Assembly (NCBI RefSeq): GCF_006345805.1
Contig: NC_043003.1
Location: 58,590,001 to 58,654,000 of the forward strand
Origin: Octopus sinensis
Lineage: Eukaryota
DNA length: 64,000 bases
Direction of reading: 5' to 3'
This document shows, piece after piece, positions 1-13,451 of this stretch. The notes under the pieces were generated by a model, which made no database searches, had not been told where the DNA came from, and saw only the letters and a program-made list of their open reading frames with translations. Each line of letters starts with the position of its first letter. Position 1 is the first letter of the stretch. A program made the position numbers and the translations under genes.

Positions 1-972
1 AGCGGCAGACGAAATGCTACTAAGAATTTTGGTCGCCGTGCTAACGATTCTGCCAGCTCGCCGCTTTCTTTAAATTTAATAATGAGCGCATAGATGTCTC
101 TGTAATTAAGAAGCTTGCTTTGCAACCATGTGGTTTCAGGTTCAGTCCCACTGCACGTCAACTTGGACAAGTGTCTTCTACTATAGCTCCGAGTTGATTA
201 ATGCCTTATGAGTGAAATTGGTAGACAGAAACTGTGTGGAAGCCTGTTGTATATGTATCTTTGTGTTTATACTTGCCACACACACACATACACATAAACA
301 CACACTGCTTGACAACCGGTACTGGTTTGTTTACGTACCTGTAGATCAGTAGTAAACGAAAAGCATCCAGTAGTAGCGATGGAACTGCTAAATCTGGATC
401 TCTGCATTTTTTTACTGTGCTCTTTAGCACTATACGTCTATACGAAATGTTTTCTCAAGGCTATGGAAATAAAAATAAAATGAGACCGATTGAATGAAAA
501 ATGGTTTTAAAAAAATAAGAATTAGGGGTTGATTCGTTCGACTAAAACCCTTCAAGGCAGTGCCACCAGCATGGGCGCAGTCCAATGACCGAAATAAGTA
601 AAATATAATATATAAAACATACTCGATTAAGTTTTGACCTGGAATCATAAGAGAAAAAGTATCAACGACGCTGAAGAGCGTAGGCTTGAAAAGTAAAAGA
701 CTTTCTCACCTTCCCCAGCGTTAAACTAATACACCTGTTTGTTGTTTATACACCTGTCTTCGTTTTTTTTTGTTTTTCTGTAAATTTCTACATCGATGCT
801 TGGGCCTTCGAATAAGATTCGCCCTGGGACCAAATATGTACAACAATATCACAAGACGCCCTCCACCCCCACAACAGCAAAAAGGTAGTATTTAGATTTA
901 AGCAATAATGGAATATGAACTCAAAATGTAAAAGAATATATGTGTGTGTGTGTGTGTGTGGTGTGTGTGTGT

Positions 973-1137
973 AGGTGCAGGTGTGGCAGTGTGGTAAGAA
1001 GTTTGCTTCTCAACCACATGGTTCCGGGTTCAGTCCCACTGCGTGGCACCTTCGACAAGTGTCTTCTACTATAATTGTACCGATCAAGGCCTTGTGAGTT
1101 GTTTTGGCAGATGAAAACTGAAAGAAGCTCGTCAAGA

Positions 1138-1168
<31 letters not shown>

Positions 1169-1400
1169 GTGTGGCGGGGGCGAGGTCGTTTGTTTGTCCG
1201 CAAGCACTGCTTGACAACTGGTTTTGGCGTATTTACGTCCCCGTAATTAACAGTTCGGGAAAAGAAACAGATAGGATAATTACCAGGCTTTAAATTCTTT
1301 TTTTAAGAATAAGTACAGGGGTTCATTTGTTCAACCCAAATTCTTCAAGGCGGTGCACCAGCATGGCCGCGGTCTAATAACAAAAACAAGTAAATAATGA
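973..1400 (+). mobile_element. SINE family A (tRNA-like head, central microsatellite, AAAAGAGT-type tail)
   Basis: Head resembles GGCGCAGGAGTGGCTGTGTGGTAAG...GGTTCAGTCCC with A/B-box-like motifs; body ends CCAGCATGGCCGC; a decayed copy lies at about 98-345. Confidence 0.85.
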
Positions 1401-1584
1401 AAAATATATTGCAAAGCGATTAAATCAACCTGATTTAATCTCTAGTATTTACTAAAACCTTCGAAGGAGCCACTACGTTATCATTCAACCTGCAAAAAAG
1501 TTGGCCCTATGCCAAAATATCGGTTTCAAATTTTGGCACAGGGCCAGCAATTGATGAAAGGCAAAAAAAAAAATCAGCCTCAGT

Positions 1585-1872
1585 GGCGCAGGAGTGGCTG
1601 TGTGATAAGTAGCTTGCTTACCAACCACATGGTTCCGGCTTCAGTCCCACTGCGTGGCACCTTGGGCAAGTGTCTTCTACTGTAGCCTCGGTCCGACCAA
1701 AGCCTTGTGAGTGGATTTGGTAGACGAAACTGAAAGCAGCCCGTCGTATATATGTATATATATATATGTGTGTGTGTGTATCTGCGTTTGTCACCCCCGC
1801 CCAACATGGTCAATTTGCTCGACTAAAGGCGGTGCTCCAGCCGAAGTCAAATGACTGAAACAAGTAAAAGAG
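1585..1872 (+). mobile_element. SINE family A (internal deletion)
   Basis: Same head and tail as the other copies. Confidence 0.85.
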
Positions 1873-2149
1873 TATAATTTGAACTCATAAAGTAAAGACG
1901 TACGAAATGTCACTAAGCATTTCAGCTAACGATTCTGCCAGCTCGCTGTTTAAGTATTCCTTGAAAATATTGGTTTCAAGTTTTGGTACGAAGCCAATAA
2001 TTTCGTGGCAGGAGGCAACCCATTACATCGACCCCCTGTAATCAACTGGTACTTGTTTTATTAATCTCGAAAGGAAGAAAGGCAAAGTCTACCAAATGGA
2101 ATTTGAACGTAAAGACAGACGACATGCTGCTAAGCATTTCGCCATGCAT

Positions 2150-2528
2150 TCTCTCTCTTTTACTCGTTTACTTGTTTCAGTCATTTGACTGTGGCCATGC
2201 TGGAGCTCCGCCTTTAGTCGAGCAATTCAACCTCAGGACTTATTCTTTCTAAGCCTAGTACTTATTCTATCGGTAAGTTACGGGAACGTAAACGCACCAG
2301 CATCGGTTGTCAAGCGATGCTGGGGTGACAAACACAGACACACATACATATAAATATACATATATACGACGGGTTTCTTTCAGTTTCCGTCTACCAAATC
2401 CACTCACAAGGCTTTGGTCGGCTCGAGGCTATACTAGAAGACACTTGCCAAAGGTGCCACGCAGTGGGACTGAATCCGGAACCATGTGGTTCGTAAGCAA
2501 ACTACTTACCACACAGCCACTCCTACGC
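2150..2528 (-). mobile_element. SINE family A
   Basis: Reverse-complement match to the family consensus. Confidence 0.85.
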
Positions 2529-2559
2529 TGCCAACTCGCTGCCTTAATATTGCTTTAAA

Positions 2560-3170
2560 ATATTCTTTTCTACTCCAGGCACAAGGGAGGGAGCCAGTCG
2601 ATTAGATCGACCCCAATACGTAAGATGAAAAGCAAAGTCGACCTCAGCGGAATTTGAACTCAGAACGTAGCGGCAGACGAAATACCTATTTCAGAGCGGA
2701 CAAACAAGGACAGACACACGGATTAAGTCGATTGCATCGACCCCAGTGCGTAACTGGTACTTATTTAATCGACCCCGAAAGGATGAAAGTCAAAGTCGAC
2801 CTCGGTGGAATTTGAACTCAGAACGTAACGGCAGACGAAATACCGCTAAGCATTTCGCCCGGTGTGCTAACGTTTCTACCAGCTCGCCGCCTTTTACTGC
2901 TAGATTATCAAAAAAGGAGATATAACCTGTCTCAATCGTCCAAAAGCAGGAGAGGCAATTAACGAAAACCTTAGCGGTATTTCGTCTGCCGCTACGTTCT
3001 GAGTTCAAATTCTGCCGAGGTCGACTTTGCCTTTCATCATTTCGGGGTCGATAAATTAAGTACCAGTTACGCACTGGGGTCGATATAATCGACTTAATCT
3101 GTCTGTCTGTCCGTGTTTGTCTCCTCTGTATTTAGCCCCTTGTGGGTAGTAAAGAAATAGGTATTTCGTC
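2560..3170. mobile_element. Head-to-head SINE family B copies (- strand to about 2892, + strand from about 2953)
   Basis: Shared motif GTTCTGAGTTCAAATTC.GCCGAGGTCGACTTTGCCTTTCATC; further copies at about 1-68, 5683-5880, 26230-26445, 29280-29712 and 38740-38930. Confidence 0.8.
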
Positions 3171-3222
3171 TGAAAGAAGCCCATCGTGTGTGTATGTGTA
3201 TGTATGTGTATGTATGTGTGTG

Positions 3223-3279
<57 letters not shown>

Positions 3280-3576
3280 ATCTGTATGTATGTATGTATG
3301 CATATATGTACGTATGTATATATATATATGTACGCATTTGTGTGCCTGTGTTTGTCCTGCCCCCCTCCGCCATCATCGCTTGACAACCGATGTTGGTGTA
3401 TTTACGTCCTTGCAAATTAGCGGTTCGGCAAAGTGACCGATAGAGTAAGTACCAGGCTTTAAAAAATAAGCACTTTCGTTAATTCATTCGACTAAAAATT
3501 CTTCAAGCCGGTGCCCCAGCATGGCCGCAGTTTAACGACTGAAACGGGAAAAAGGTAAAAGCGGCAGAGATTTAAC

Positions 3577-3865
3577 TGGGCCTCCGTCGGTTACGACGAC
3601 GAGAGTTCCACTTGATCCGATCAACGAAACAACCTACTTGTGAAATTAATTTGCAAGTGGCTGAGTACACCACAGACACGTATACCCTTAACGTAGTTCT
3701 CAGGGAGATTCAGCGTGACAAGGCTGGTCCTTTGAATTACAGGTACAACTCATTTTTGCCAGCAGAGTGGACTGGAGCAACGTGAAATAAAGTGTCTTGC
3801 TCAAGGATACAACGCGTCGCCAGGAATTGAACTCACGACTTTACGATCGTAAACCGAGTACTGTA
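3577..3865 (-). mobile_element. SINE family D (tRNA-like head, CTTGAGCAAGACACTTTATTTCAC body)
   Basis: Related copies at about 16090-16335 (-) and 19760-20090 (+). Confidence 0.7.
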
Positions 3866-3899
3866 ACGGCGTAGAGATTTACGAAAACAATTTCGTTGG

Positions 3900-4299
3900 T
3901 TTTTTTGGGGTATTTTTGTTTTTTTATAGAATTCCAATAAACTTTATCACAATTTAATTACAAGAAAGCAAAGAAACAGAAAAATAACAAATAAAAAGGA
4001 GGGATTAAGCAGCAGAAGATGGGAGTGGTTATCAACGGGCCGCACACCCCAGAATAAATAGTGTGTTCAACTGCGTACTGCAGGTATGACTGTGGTGGCG
4101 TTACCGCGGAGAATGGCTAGCGAGACTCGCTGCAGCAACCACTCCACCTCGGAAAGGCGGGGTGGGGGCGCTTATTTCTCAGATTGACCGCCGTTATCCC
4201 GATTTTGCGGATGAAAACAGCAGTGTGGGGCCCGAGAACACCCGAGGTCTGAACAACGATCGACATAAAGTGATAGCAGCCGGTCAAATCCGTGTATTT
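3900..4299 (-). mobile_element. 3' end of a non-LTR retrotransposon with restriction-like endonuclease (CRE-like), frameshifted
   Basis: 4299-4067 translates KYTDLTGCYHFMSIVVQTSGVLGPHTAVFIRKIG / EVEWLLQRVSLAILRGNATTVIPAVRS*, followed by an A-rich tail near 3900-3930. Confidence 0.7.
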
Positions 4300-4315
4300 A
4301 TTTATTTCTCTAGTT

Positions 4316-5193
4316 CAAGGGTCATCAAACTACGGTCCCCGGGTCGGATCCGGCCCACGAGGTCAGTTCATCCGATTGCTGCCGTCGCCGCACGGTACCT
4401 TTTGGAGTTCATTTGCCTCTGGTATGGTATCAGTGTTTTGAACAATTTATGTCCGTGAGCAAACATTTTCAAAAATGAAGTAAGCACATCGAACGAGGTT
4501 GACTGATGAACATTCAAAAGCAATTCTCTTGACTGGATGCAGCAATATCAAAGCAAATATTGATGATATTTTAAAAGCTAAACAACAGTTTCACAAATCT
4601 CACTAACATTTTTTGCTGTTTAGTTTGTGAGATTCGGATATGTGTGCACTGGATGTGATATAACAATAACTCTGAGCACCTTTTCAAACTCCACCTGTCT
4701 AATACCCGTGGATGTATTTACAAAGTCAGAAAACAGCACAGTTCCCACGCTGAGAGTTGCTGAAGTATGGAACAAACTGCCGGCATCAGTTGTTAGTTGT
4801 CGGAGCCTTGCATCCTTCAAAACTTCCATGCTTTCTGAGATTCGCCAACACTACACCTGATTTTCTCCCCTCCATACACACGCGAGCATGTATCTGACTC
4901 ATACATTGTTCGCTTTCCAGGCATTTGTACATTACTGCATATGCTTTATACGCACTTTTGACAAGTTGTGGTGCACCTGAGCACTGTATGCAATAATTTC
5001 ATTATTATTATTATTATAACTATCTTATTGCTTACGTTGCCTTCTTTGATAACTTTTTGGTAAATAAATATTTTATTTATTTATTTTTTGTGTGTGTATT
5101 CGCTGTATTATATTGACCAAAATGCTTATGCGGCCCGCACCCGTCAATCTCTCAATTATCTGGCCCGCAGTGAAAAACTTTAGTGACACCCTG
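4316..5193 (+). mobile_element. Internally deleted hAT (Charlie/SPIN/Buster-like) DNA transposon
   Basis: Ends CAAGGGTCATCAAACT ... TTTAGTGACACCCTG; 8-bp TSD CTCTAGTT (4308-4315) / CTCTAATT (5194-5201); transposase C-terminal remnant at 4412-4606 (EQTFSKMK..RTRLTDEH..QFHKSH*). Confidence 0.85.
4665..5015 (+). mobile_element. 5'-truncated CR1/L2-group LINE 3' end nested in the hAT element
   Basis: Translates NTRGCIYKVRK / RVAEVWNKLPASVVSCRSLASFK; ends in an (ATT)n tail. Confidence 0.8.
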
Positions 5194-6006
5194 CTCTAAT
5201 TTAAAAGTAATGAATGTAAGGGAGATAATTCCTTTGCTACATGCTCTCATTTTGTTTCTCAAGCTTCTTTAATAAAGTAAGTCGTATTTCGTAACTAATT
5301 AGTTACTTAATAAAACAAGGAAAGTAATTAAATAAACTTATATTGATTTTTTTAAATAGGTTTCTTGATATAATATTCGGAGCATTGAGGAAAGTAGAGA
5401 ATGTTTACGTAAAAATAAATTTGAACCGCTATGAGAAGTTGCCTCCCTTAGATTAGATAAAAAAATTGTAAATATGCTCCTTCATTTATCAGTTTGATTA
5501 GACTCTGGTCTTTTCGAAATCATTGTTGCTTTATATCAATCTAACAATGGATATTAAGCAATATTGTTAATTATTTATTATGTCATAAAATACATCAGTA
5601 GTCATAAGAAAAATTAACTTTAAAACACCTCTCAAAAATCTTATTTTTTGGCCGCATGCTTAATATTTTTTTTAACCTCTAAGGCGACAAGTTGAGAAAA
5701 TCGTTAGCATGTGAGCAAAATGCTTAGAGGCATTTCGTCCGTCTTCATGTTCTGAGTTCGAATTCTGCCGAGGTCGATATTGCCTTTCATCCTTTCAGGG
5801 TCAATAAAAACACTGGGGTCGATGTAATCGACTTAATCCCTCACACAAGATTGTTGGCCTTGTGCCAAAATGTGAAAACAAATATTTTTTATACAATCAG
5901 TGATTTAACCATATTTTGTGTCATTTACGCTTTAAATCCAGGTTCACTGTGCATCTATGAATTTCCAAGATCTTTATTTTCCTTCATTTTGTCATAAATT
6001 TATTAG

Positions 6007-6378
6007 GCGCAGGAGTGGCTGTGTGGTAAGTAGCTTGTTTACCAACCACATGGTTCCGGGTTCAGTTCCACTGTGTGACACCTTGGGCAAGTGTCTACTT
6101 CTATAACCTCAAAGCGACCAAACCCTTTTGAGTGGATTTGGCTGACGGAAACTGAAAGAGGCCCGTCGTGTGTGTATATGTATGTTTGTCGCCCCACCAT
6201 CGCTTGACAACTGATGCTGGTGTGTTTACGTCCCCGTAACTTAGCGGCAAAAGAGACTGATCGAATAAGTATAAGTCTTACAAAGAATAAGTCCTGGGTT
6301 CGATTTGTTCGACTAAAGGCGGTGCTCCAGCATGGACGCTGTCAAATGACTGAAACAAGTAAAATAGTAAAAGAGTAT
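6007..6378 (+). mobile_element. SINE family A
   Basis: Full-length match. Confidence 0.85.
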
Positions 6379-6584
6379 ATTTCCTAAACAGAAAAAAAAT
6401 CTCTTTGGTTAACTCTTATTTTTTACATATAAAAAAATGTAAATATATATTATTGGAGTCAGAGAGAGAAGGACAGATTCCATAACCTATTGGTTCTCAC
6501 TTGCCCGACCACTGAACTACGAGAACGTAAACAAGCCATCACCGATTGTCAAGTAGTGGTGGTGGATCAGACACAAATACAAAG

Positions 6585-6850
6585 GAGAATGCGAGAGGAG
6601 GAGAAGGGAGGAGGGGCAGGAGGAGGAGGAGGAGAAGGGGAGGTGGTGGAGAGTGTGGGAGGAGGGGAGGTGGGTGGTGTGGTGAGGAAGAGGAGGAGGC
6701 GGTGGAGGATGGGGAGGATGTGGAGAACGAGGGGAGGAGGGGAAGAAGAAGGGGAGGAGGAGGAATAGGGGTATAGGAGGAGGGGGGAAGGAGGGGAAGG
6801 AGGAGAGGGAAGAGGGAGGATGAGGGGAAGGAGGGGAGAGAGGAGGAGGA
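6585..6850. repeat. Purine-rich (GGA/GAG)n low-complexity tract
   Basis: Direct reading. Confidence 0.9.
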
Positions 6851-7155
6851 CTTATTCCCACAGAGCAACAAAAAAAACATACATGCCACTATAATACTAA
6901 TAAGGAATTATCGCAGATAACGAGTAGCAAACTATTTCGAAAACTAGTTGTGATTTGAAGAATAAAAATGTGTTGCTTCTGTGATTTGACAAGGATGAGT
7001 TTTCTAACATATTGAGGATGTGGTACAAAAGGCTGACGAGACTGTCATACTGATGAGACTGTGTCATTCACATATGCTTTTTGTTGAGCATCAAAATTAT
7101 GTCGATCGTGTCTGGATTTCAGATTCTTTTGATTTGACAAGATCGATACGAATAG

Positions 7156-7556
7156 TCTTTATATATAAAAGAGAGGTTGTGTGCTGTTTGTCTCCTACGA
7201 TTTAGATTCCTAACTACTCCCACATTTTGCGGTGCAGTTTAACCAAAACCGGGTATCTTATAGTCGTGATTCATATTGAGTCCTTCTGGGTATTAGCGCG
7301 CGTCTACGATGAGTCTACGATTTAAAAAAAAAATTACCATCAATTTTTCCCATTTTTAATGCATTTTTGGCATATATAAGGGAAGTAACTCTCTAAAAAT
7401 TTTTATTAAATCTCAGAACGTAAAAAGCTACAGTAACACCCGCCCCCCCCCTTTGTGGTTAGCTATATTGAGATGGCTATTATACTTTACATCTCTAAAA
7501 ATGCTTATATAGTAATTTCCCTTACAAACCCGAGCAACGCCGGGCGATACTGCTAG
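7156..7556 (+). mobile_element. Non-autonomous Helitron
   Basis: 5' TCTTTATATATAAAA; 3' GC-rich hairpin CCCGAGCAACGCCGGG followed by CTAG|T; no TSD. Confidence 0.7.
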
Positions 7557-7579
7557 TTTCATATATAATTTTCATTATA

Positions 7580-7968
7580 GGCGTAGGAGTGGCTGTGTGG
7601 TAAGTAGCTTGCTTACCAATCACATGGTTCCGGGTTCAGTTCCACTGCGTGGCACCTTGGGTAAGTGTCTTTCTACAATAGCCTTGGGCCGACCAAAGCC
7701 TTATGAGTGGATTTGGTAGACGGAAACTGAATGAAGCCCATCTTATATATGTATATATATGTGTGTGTGCGTGTGTGTGTGTGTGCGCCCAACATCGCTT
7801 GACAACCGATGCTGGTGTGTTTACGTCCCCGTTACTTAACAGTTCGGCAAAGAGACCGAAAGAATAAGTACTAGGCTTCCAAAGAATAAGTCCTGAGGTC
7901 GATTTCCTCGACTGAAGGCGGTGCTCCAGCATGGACGCAGTCAAATGACTGAAACAACTAAAAGAGTA
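7580..7968 (+). mobile_element. SINE family A
   Basis: Full-length match. Confidence 0.85.
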
Positions 7969-10900
7969 AAGTGTAGTATTGGTCAATGAATTCCTTAGGG
8001 CCTTTAACGTATTTCATGAAGATTAGAAAGTACAGTGATTTATTGGGCTCTAAGCGTTTATGTTGTAGATGCTTGTGAGTGCATTCTGTAGCATAGTTAG
8101 GCGGGAACCTGGGGCAATCCTACCTGGGCGGCACCTTTTAGGTCTGCTGTATAAGCCAGTATAGGAGCGGAGACGTCAAACCCGAGGACTGCTCCGAGTG
8201 GCAAACACTCTTGCTACGCCACTGAGTGCAACGATTTTGTCAGTCCCTAAAGATTGTTGTTTTGTTTAATTACAAGTCGTCCCTGATCAAGCAGACCTGT
8301 AATCTAAAGTCACTAATTTAGTACCCTTGACCATCCTGTATTTGGTTGGGTTTTTTTTTTTTGGGGGGGGTCAGATACAATATATCTATGACTACATTAT
8401 CCAACAAGTACTTTAGTCTAAACCTGTAGGGAGAGATCTGTTGAAAATTTGGCTGTTATTTCTAGCATATTGAGCGATTACGTAGACGACAATCTCATTG
8501 ACTCGCGGGTTAGCGGTTACAGTATTGGGCTCATGGCCGGAAGATTGTGGTTTCAATTCCTGGACTGGGTGAATCGTTGTTTTCATGAGCAAAAAATTTC
8601 ATTTCTAGTTCACTCAGCTGACAAAAACGAGTAATTCTGCCACGGTCGAATGAGAAAAATACACACACCACAGAATCCAGGAAACCGGATTTTATGAGCC
8701 GAGGCCTTAGGAGGGCCCTTTGAGATATTTTTTTCTTTGTACGTTGTGGCTATTTCCTGTACTTGAGAAGACATGCCAAGCTAAGTAAAATCACTGTCAT
8801 TCATACATACAGGCTTATCCTTTACAGGTACCGGTGCCTCGTAAAATGCCTTCGTACCGTTGGTACGTAAAAGGCACCTAGCACACTCTGTAAAGTGGTT
8901 GGCGTTTGGAAGGGCATCCAGCTGTAGAAATCATGCCACAACAGACAATTGGAGTCTGGCCAGCTCCCAGGCTGGTCAGCTCTTGTCAAACCGTCCGACC
9001 CATGCCAGCATGGAAAACGGACGTTAAATGGTGGTGGTGGTGAGTGTAATATTCGATCAGAAATACAGTACATTTTGGTATTGAAACATTTTAATTCTAT
9101 TCACATTAAAGAGGTCTTATATGAATATAAATCTACCTGACGACATGACTGGTATTTTATGTAATCAATCCAGAGAAAACGAAAAATAGAAATAAAGTTC
9201 ATCTCTTCTCAAAATAAGATGTGTTTTTTTCCCCCTTTCTGTTAGACATTCCATATTGCTAACAAACAGGAGTTATTTCCCTTTAGTCGTTTCTGATTTT
9301 AAGGAAGGTAACTGTCTAAAATATTTACATTTTCTTTTGCGATATCCTTTTAATAAAGTCCGCTTTCAAAAAAAATGTGTATTTGTTAATGAATGAGATG
9401 TGTGTGTGTGTTGACATAATGTCCTACCAACTTCAAATATATTTCTTTAATGTAGGTTTTAACTCGTACTACATTCATCACCATCATCATCATCGTCGTC
9501 GTCATCATTCTTTACCGTCCATTTTCCATGTTGGACGGTTTGACCAGAGTTGGCTAGCAGGATAACTGCACCAGGTTCCAATATTACAGTATTTCGGGAC
9601 AGTCATTTTTTTTTTTTTTTTTTGCCAAATAAACACACACACACTATATTTTCATTCTTCACTTGTTTATTACTGCTGTTCTTTTTCTAACTCATGCCCA
9701 GACAATGGATATGGATTAGAATAAGAACAGTAATAAAAGAGTGAAGGACGAATATATAGTGCGTGTGTTTATTTGGCAAAAAAAAAATGACCATCCCGAA
9801 ATACAACAGTGTATGTGTGCGTGCGTGCGTGCGCGCGTGTACACATACACACACAGCGAACGTTAAACAATGATGATGATGAATATATACAAAAATCTTC
9901 CACACAGTCTCATCTACCAAATTCACTCACAATGCTTTGGTTGACCCAGGGCTTACAATAGAAGACACTTGCCCACAGGGTGCTGTGCTCTGGAACTGAA
10001 CTTGAAACCAAATGGTTGCAAAGCAAGTTTCTTAACCACGAGCACATCACGATAATCATTTTCTGTCTCACTTTCTTCTGAAATTCCTTATCTTGATGAA
10101 CTTTTTTTGCTATTCTAATAACTCTTCTACATCACAATATGTAGTCAGTGGTATTGGTCTTCTTATGGATTGTCTTAAAATGTTAGATTTATTCAGTTTT
10201 TGTAAAATCTTTCTTTGTGTAGGCTCAGGCGGTTAAGAAGCTTATTTCCTGTCCACATGGTTACCGGTTCATTCCCACTTAGGTCTCTCCTACTGTTGCC
10301 TCAGATCAACCAAAGCAATGTGAGTGAATTTAGTAGATGGAAACTGAAAGAAGCCTGTCATATATGTGTGTGTGTGCATGTATGTACATGTGCTTGTGTG
10401 TATGTGTTTGTGTGTATGTGTGTGAGTGTATGTGTGTGCGTGTGTCTTGTCATTGCATAATGGTTGTGAATGAGTGTCACTGTCATACAAGCAGAGTCAT
10501 TCATTTCCAGTATTTTGCGCAAACAGATGAGGGTTGACAATAGGAAGGGTATCAGACCATAGAAAATCTGTGTCAAGTAAGCCTGTCTGACCCCTTACAG
10601 CATAGAAAGGAGAATATTAAAACGATGATGGTGGTGGTGGTGGTGATGATGATGATGACGATGACGATGACGACGATGATGATGATGATCCATTCAGGTT
10701 TGAGTGTCACTGCACCTATTTAATCATTTATTTTCTTAGCATTTTCATTTTCACTTTCATTTCTTTTCCTTATTATTATCACATTTAAATTTACATTTTC
10801 TTTTATACAAAGTTTAAAGAATTTCTTTATGCTGAAAGTGAACAAAAACTCTGGATATGGATTTTTTTTTAAATCCTTCTTGTTCACCATAACAAGATAA

Positions 10901-11317
10901 TGCTTGTTCACTTCTGAATAATGCTAAAATGATTTGATCCAGTTAACTTGCCTATGTTGTGTTCAATGCAGTTAGGAAGTTATCAAAAACAAGATTTTCC
11001 ATACCTGTCATAAAATGTCAATTTTGTACTGATTCACCCAGATCTTGCTCTGTTCACCTCAGTAACCAACATATGGTTGATATAATACCTTCAAGTCACT
11101 CTTTCATTCCTTCAACCACGAAATATAAACAATATTCAAACATATGTCTCAATCATATTTACCACTAACTCTTTGTAAACGAATACAGTGCTGTGATAGA
11201 TTGAAAGACATTTAATTATAAACATCTGTTTTAATAGCTGATGTCAGCAGTTTGTAATGTTTTTTTTTAAACAAATGAAACCCACAGCTGCTAGTCCTAA
11301 CCTACAAAATTTCAAAG

Positions 11318-11894
11318 CTACAAATGGGTGCTGAAAAGTTTCTTCTCTTTAAAGTTATTGCAAAAGTCCTAACTGGAGACCCAAGCTTCCAAGTTCTTTT
11401 ACAGGGCTTAAAAAAACTGCAGTATATGTGAGAATCTGAGAGGGGAACATCAATTATATAAAATCCGTTCTGTCTGTCTGTCTGTTTGTCTGTGTCTTCT
11501 AGGATCTCAAGCATTCTCCATCCGATTGCACTCAAATTTGATATGTAGATACTGACGGTATCAGGGCGTGTATAAGTCTTGAAAAAAATTACAAAAATCG
11601 ATTCCAGGTGAGAATGCGATCAATAAAGCTGTGGGAACGTGCATTTGTAAAATCGTTTTTGTTTTTCTGGTATCTCAAATATACGTTAAATCAGTGTTTC
11701 TCAAAGGGGAGGCCTATGGGATGATTGGACAAGTTGTTTTGAGAAAATTTGGTTTAAATGTTTGACAACTCAGCACCGTCCATTGAACGTGGGGTGGGGG
11801 GTCTTTTGCTCACGTTGAATAAAATCATATTTAACTGATCCTCCTGCATTTTCTTTATCCCAAAGCCAAGAACTTTTCAGCACACGCCCTTGTA
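11318..11894. mobile_element. Degenerate mariner-like MITE containing a Helitron/Helentron-type 5' fragment with (GTCT)n at about 11450-11640
   Basis: Inverted ends GGGTGCTGAAAAGTT / AACTTTTCAGCAC; a related shorter copy lies at about 35468-35670. Confidence 0.5.
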
Positions 11895-11941
11895 GTAACA
11901 ACAGAACGTTTACTTGTGGGGGTAAGTCAATACTGAGAGTA

Positions 11942-12333
11942 TACTCTTTTACTTGTTTCAGTCATTTGACTGCGACCATGCTGGAGCACTGCCTTTTTTA
12001 GTCAAGCAAATCGCCCCCAGGACTTATTCTTTGTAACCCTACTACTTATTCTATCAGTCTCTTTTGCCAAACCGCTAAGTTATGGGGACGTAAGCACACC
12101 AGCATTGGTTGTCAAGCAATGTTGGAGGGACGAACACAGACACACAAACATATACACATATATATACATATATATGAAGGGCTTCTTTCAGTTTCCATCT
12201 ACCAAATCCACTCACAAGGCATTGGTCAGCCCGAGGCTATAATAGAAGACACCCAAGGTGCCATGCAGTGGGACTGAACCCAGAACCATGTGGTTAGTAA
12301 GCAAGCTGCTTAACACATAGCCACTCCTGCGCC
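11942..12333 (-). mobile_element. SINE family A
   Basis: Full-length reverse match. Confidence 0.85.
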
Positions 12334-13451
12334 TAGTCAAATTTCTCATAAATTTGATGTTGACTGGGACTTCAAGTTTTAAGTGATGGCTTATTTAACC
12401 ATAAATGTATACATCATCATCATCATCATTCAACATGTTTTATGGACAGATTCCTTGCTAGTCATCTCACGTGACATGCAATGGCACAAGGCACTTACAC
12501 TAAGACACCAGAATACATATGATACCTGTCCAAACAAGAGGCCAGTCTTTTAATACACAGTATGTTATGGATGTAAACCTAAGATTGATAAGATGTTATT
12601 TCTTAGATTAATTCAAAAACTTTGCATCAATGTTACACTAAATACCTCCATTTATTTTTCTTCTTTCTTCTCCTTGCTCTAGAAGAGATGATGTTCTGAA
12701 AGACTAATTTGGTATTTATTTATTCTCAAGTTGCCCTTTCTTTTACTTGTTCCAGTCACTGGACTGCAGCCATGCTGGAGCACTACCTTGAAGGGTTTTA
12801 GGAAGAGCATCCAGTTGTAGAAACTATGCCAAATCAGACTGGAGTCAGGTGCAGCTCCTCAGCTTGCCAGCTCTGGTCAAACTGTCCAACTCATGCCAGC
12901 ATGGACAACAGACGTTAAATGATGATGATGAGAAATAAATCTCCAGTGCTTATTTTTTAAAGCCTGGTGCTTATTCTATCTGTCTCATTCGTTAAACTGC
13001 TTACAAGGACATAAACAAACCAACACCAGTTATCAAGCAGCAGTGAAACAGACACACACACGTGGCAATACAAATTGTCTACTTGTTTTCCTGTGATTAA
13101 TCAAATGATGGAGACTTCTCTGATGAGACACCAAAGAGGGTCGAAAATCAACTGAGGGTGTTCCTCACTTTCTTAATCTACAGAGAAACAGTTAAATTTG
13201 TCATATTTGTATGTCAGCAAAAACAAGTGACATCATTAAATTTAGAACCAATCAGAAGTTGAGCCTTTACCGTAAAAACCTATATATACAAAGCAATCGT
13301 AACTCTCACCAACAAAACCAGTGACAACGAATCCTCTTTCATGCACTACAACAGAAATTATAAAACCCCTTTTTTCTGTTTGTCTTCACTTCAATATGGC
13401 TGTTCCACATGAACAGACATAACTGCATTACTGAACATTCAATCATGCATG

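Noticed and set aside
3056-3436. Many 60-130 aa ORFs rich in HT/YI/CV/VC throughout the window
   Set aside because: Translations of (CA)n/(TA)n microsatellites and SINE bodies.
6007-6080. tRNA-like sequences at SINE heads
   Set aside because: A/B-box-like motifs continue directly into SINE bodies; no complete cloverleaf, so not called as tRNA genes.
7033-7075. CTGACGAG / CTGATGAG hammerhead-like starts
   Set aside because: No GAAA or cleavage triplet at the required positions; it is a short tandem duplication.
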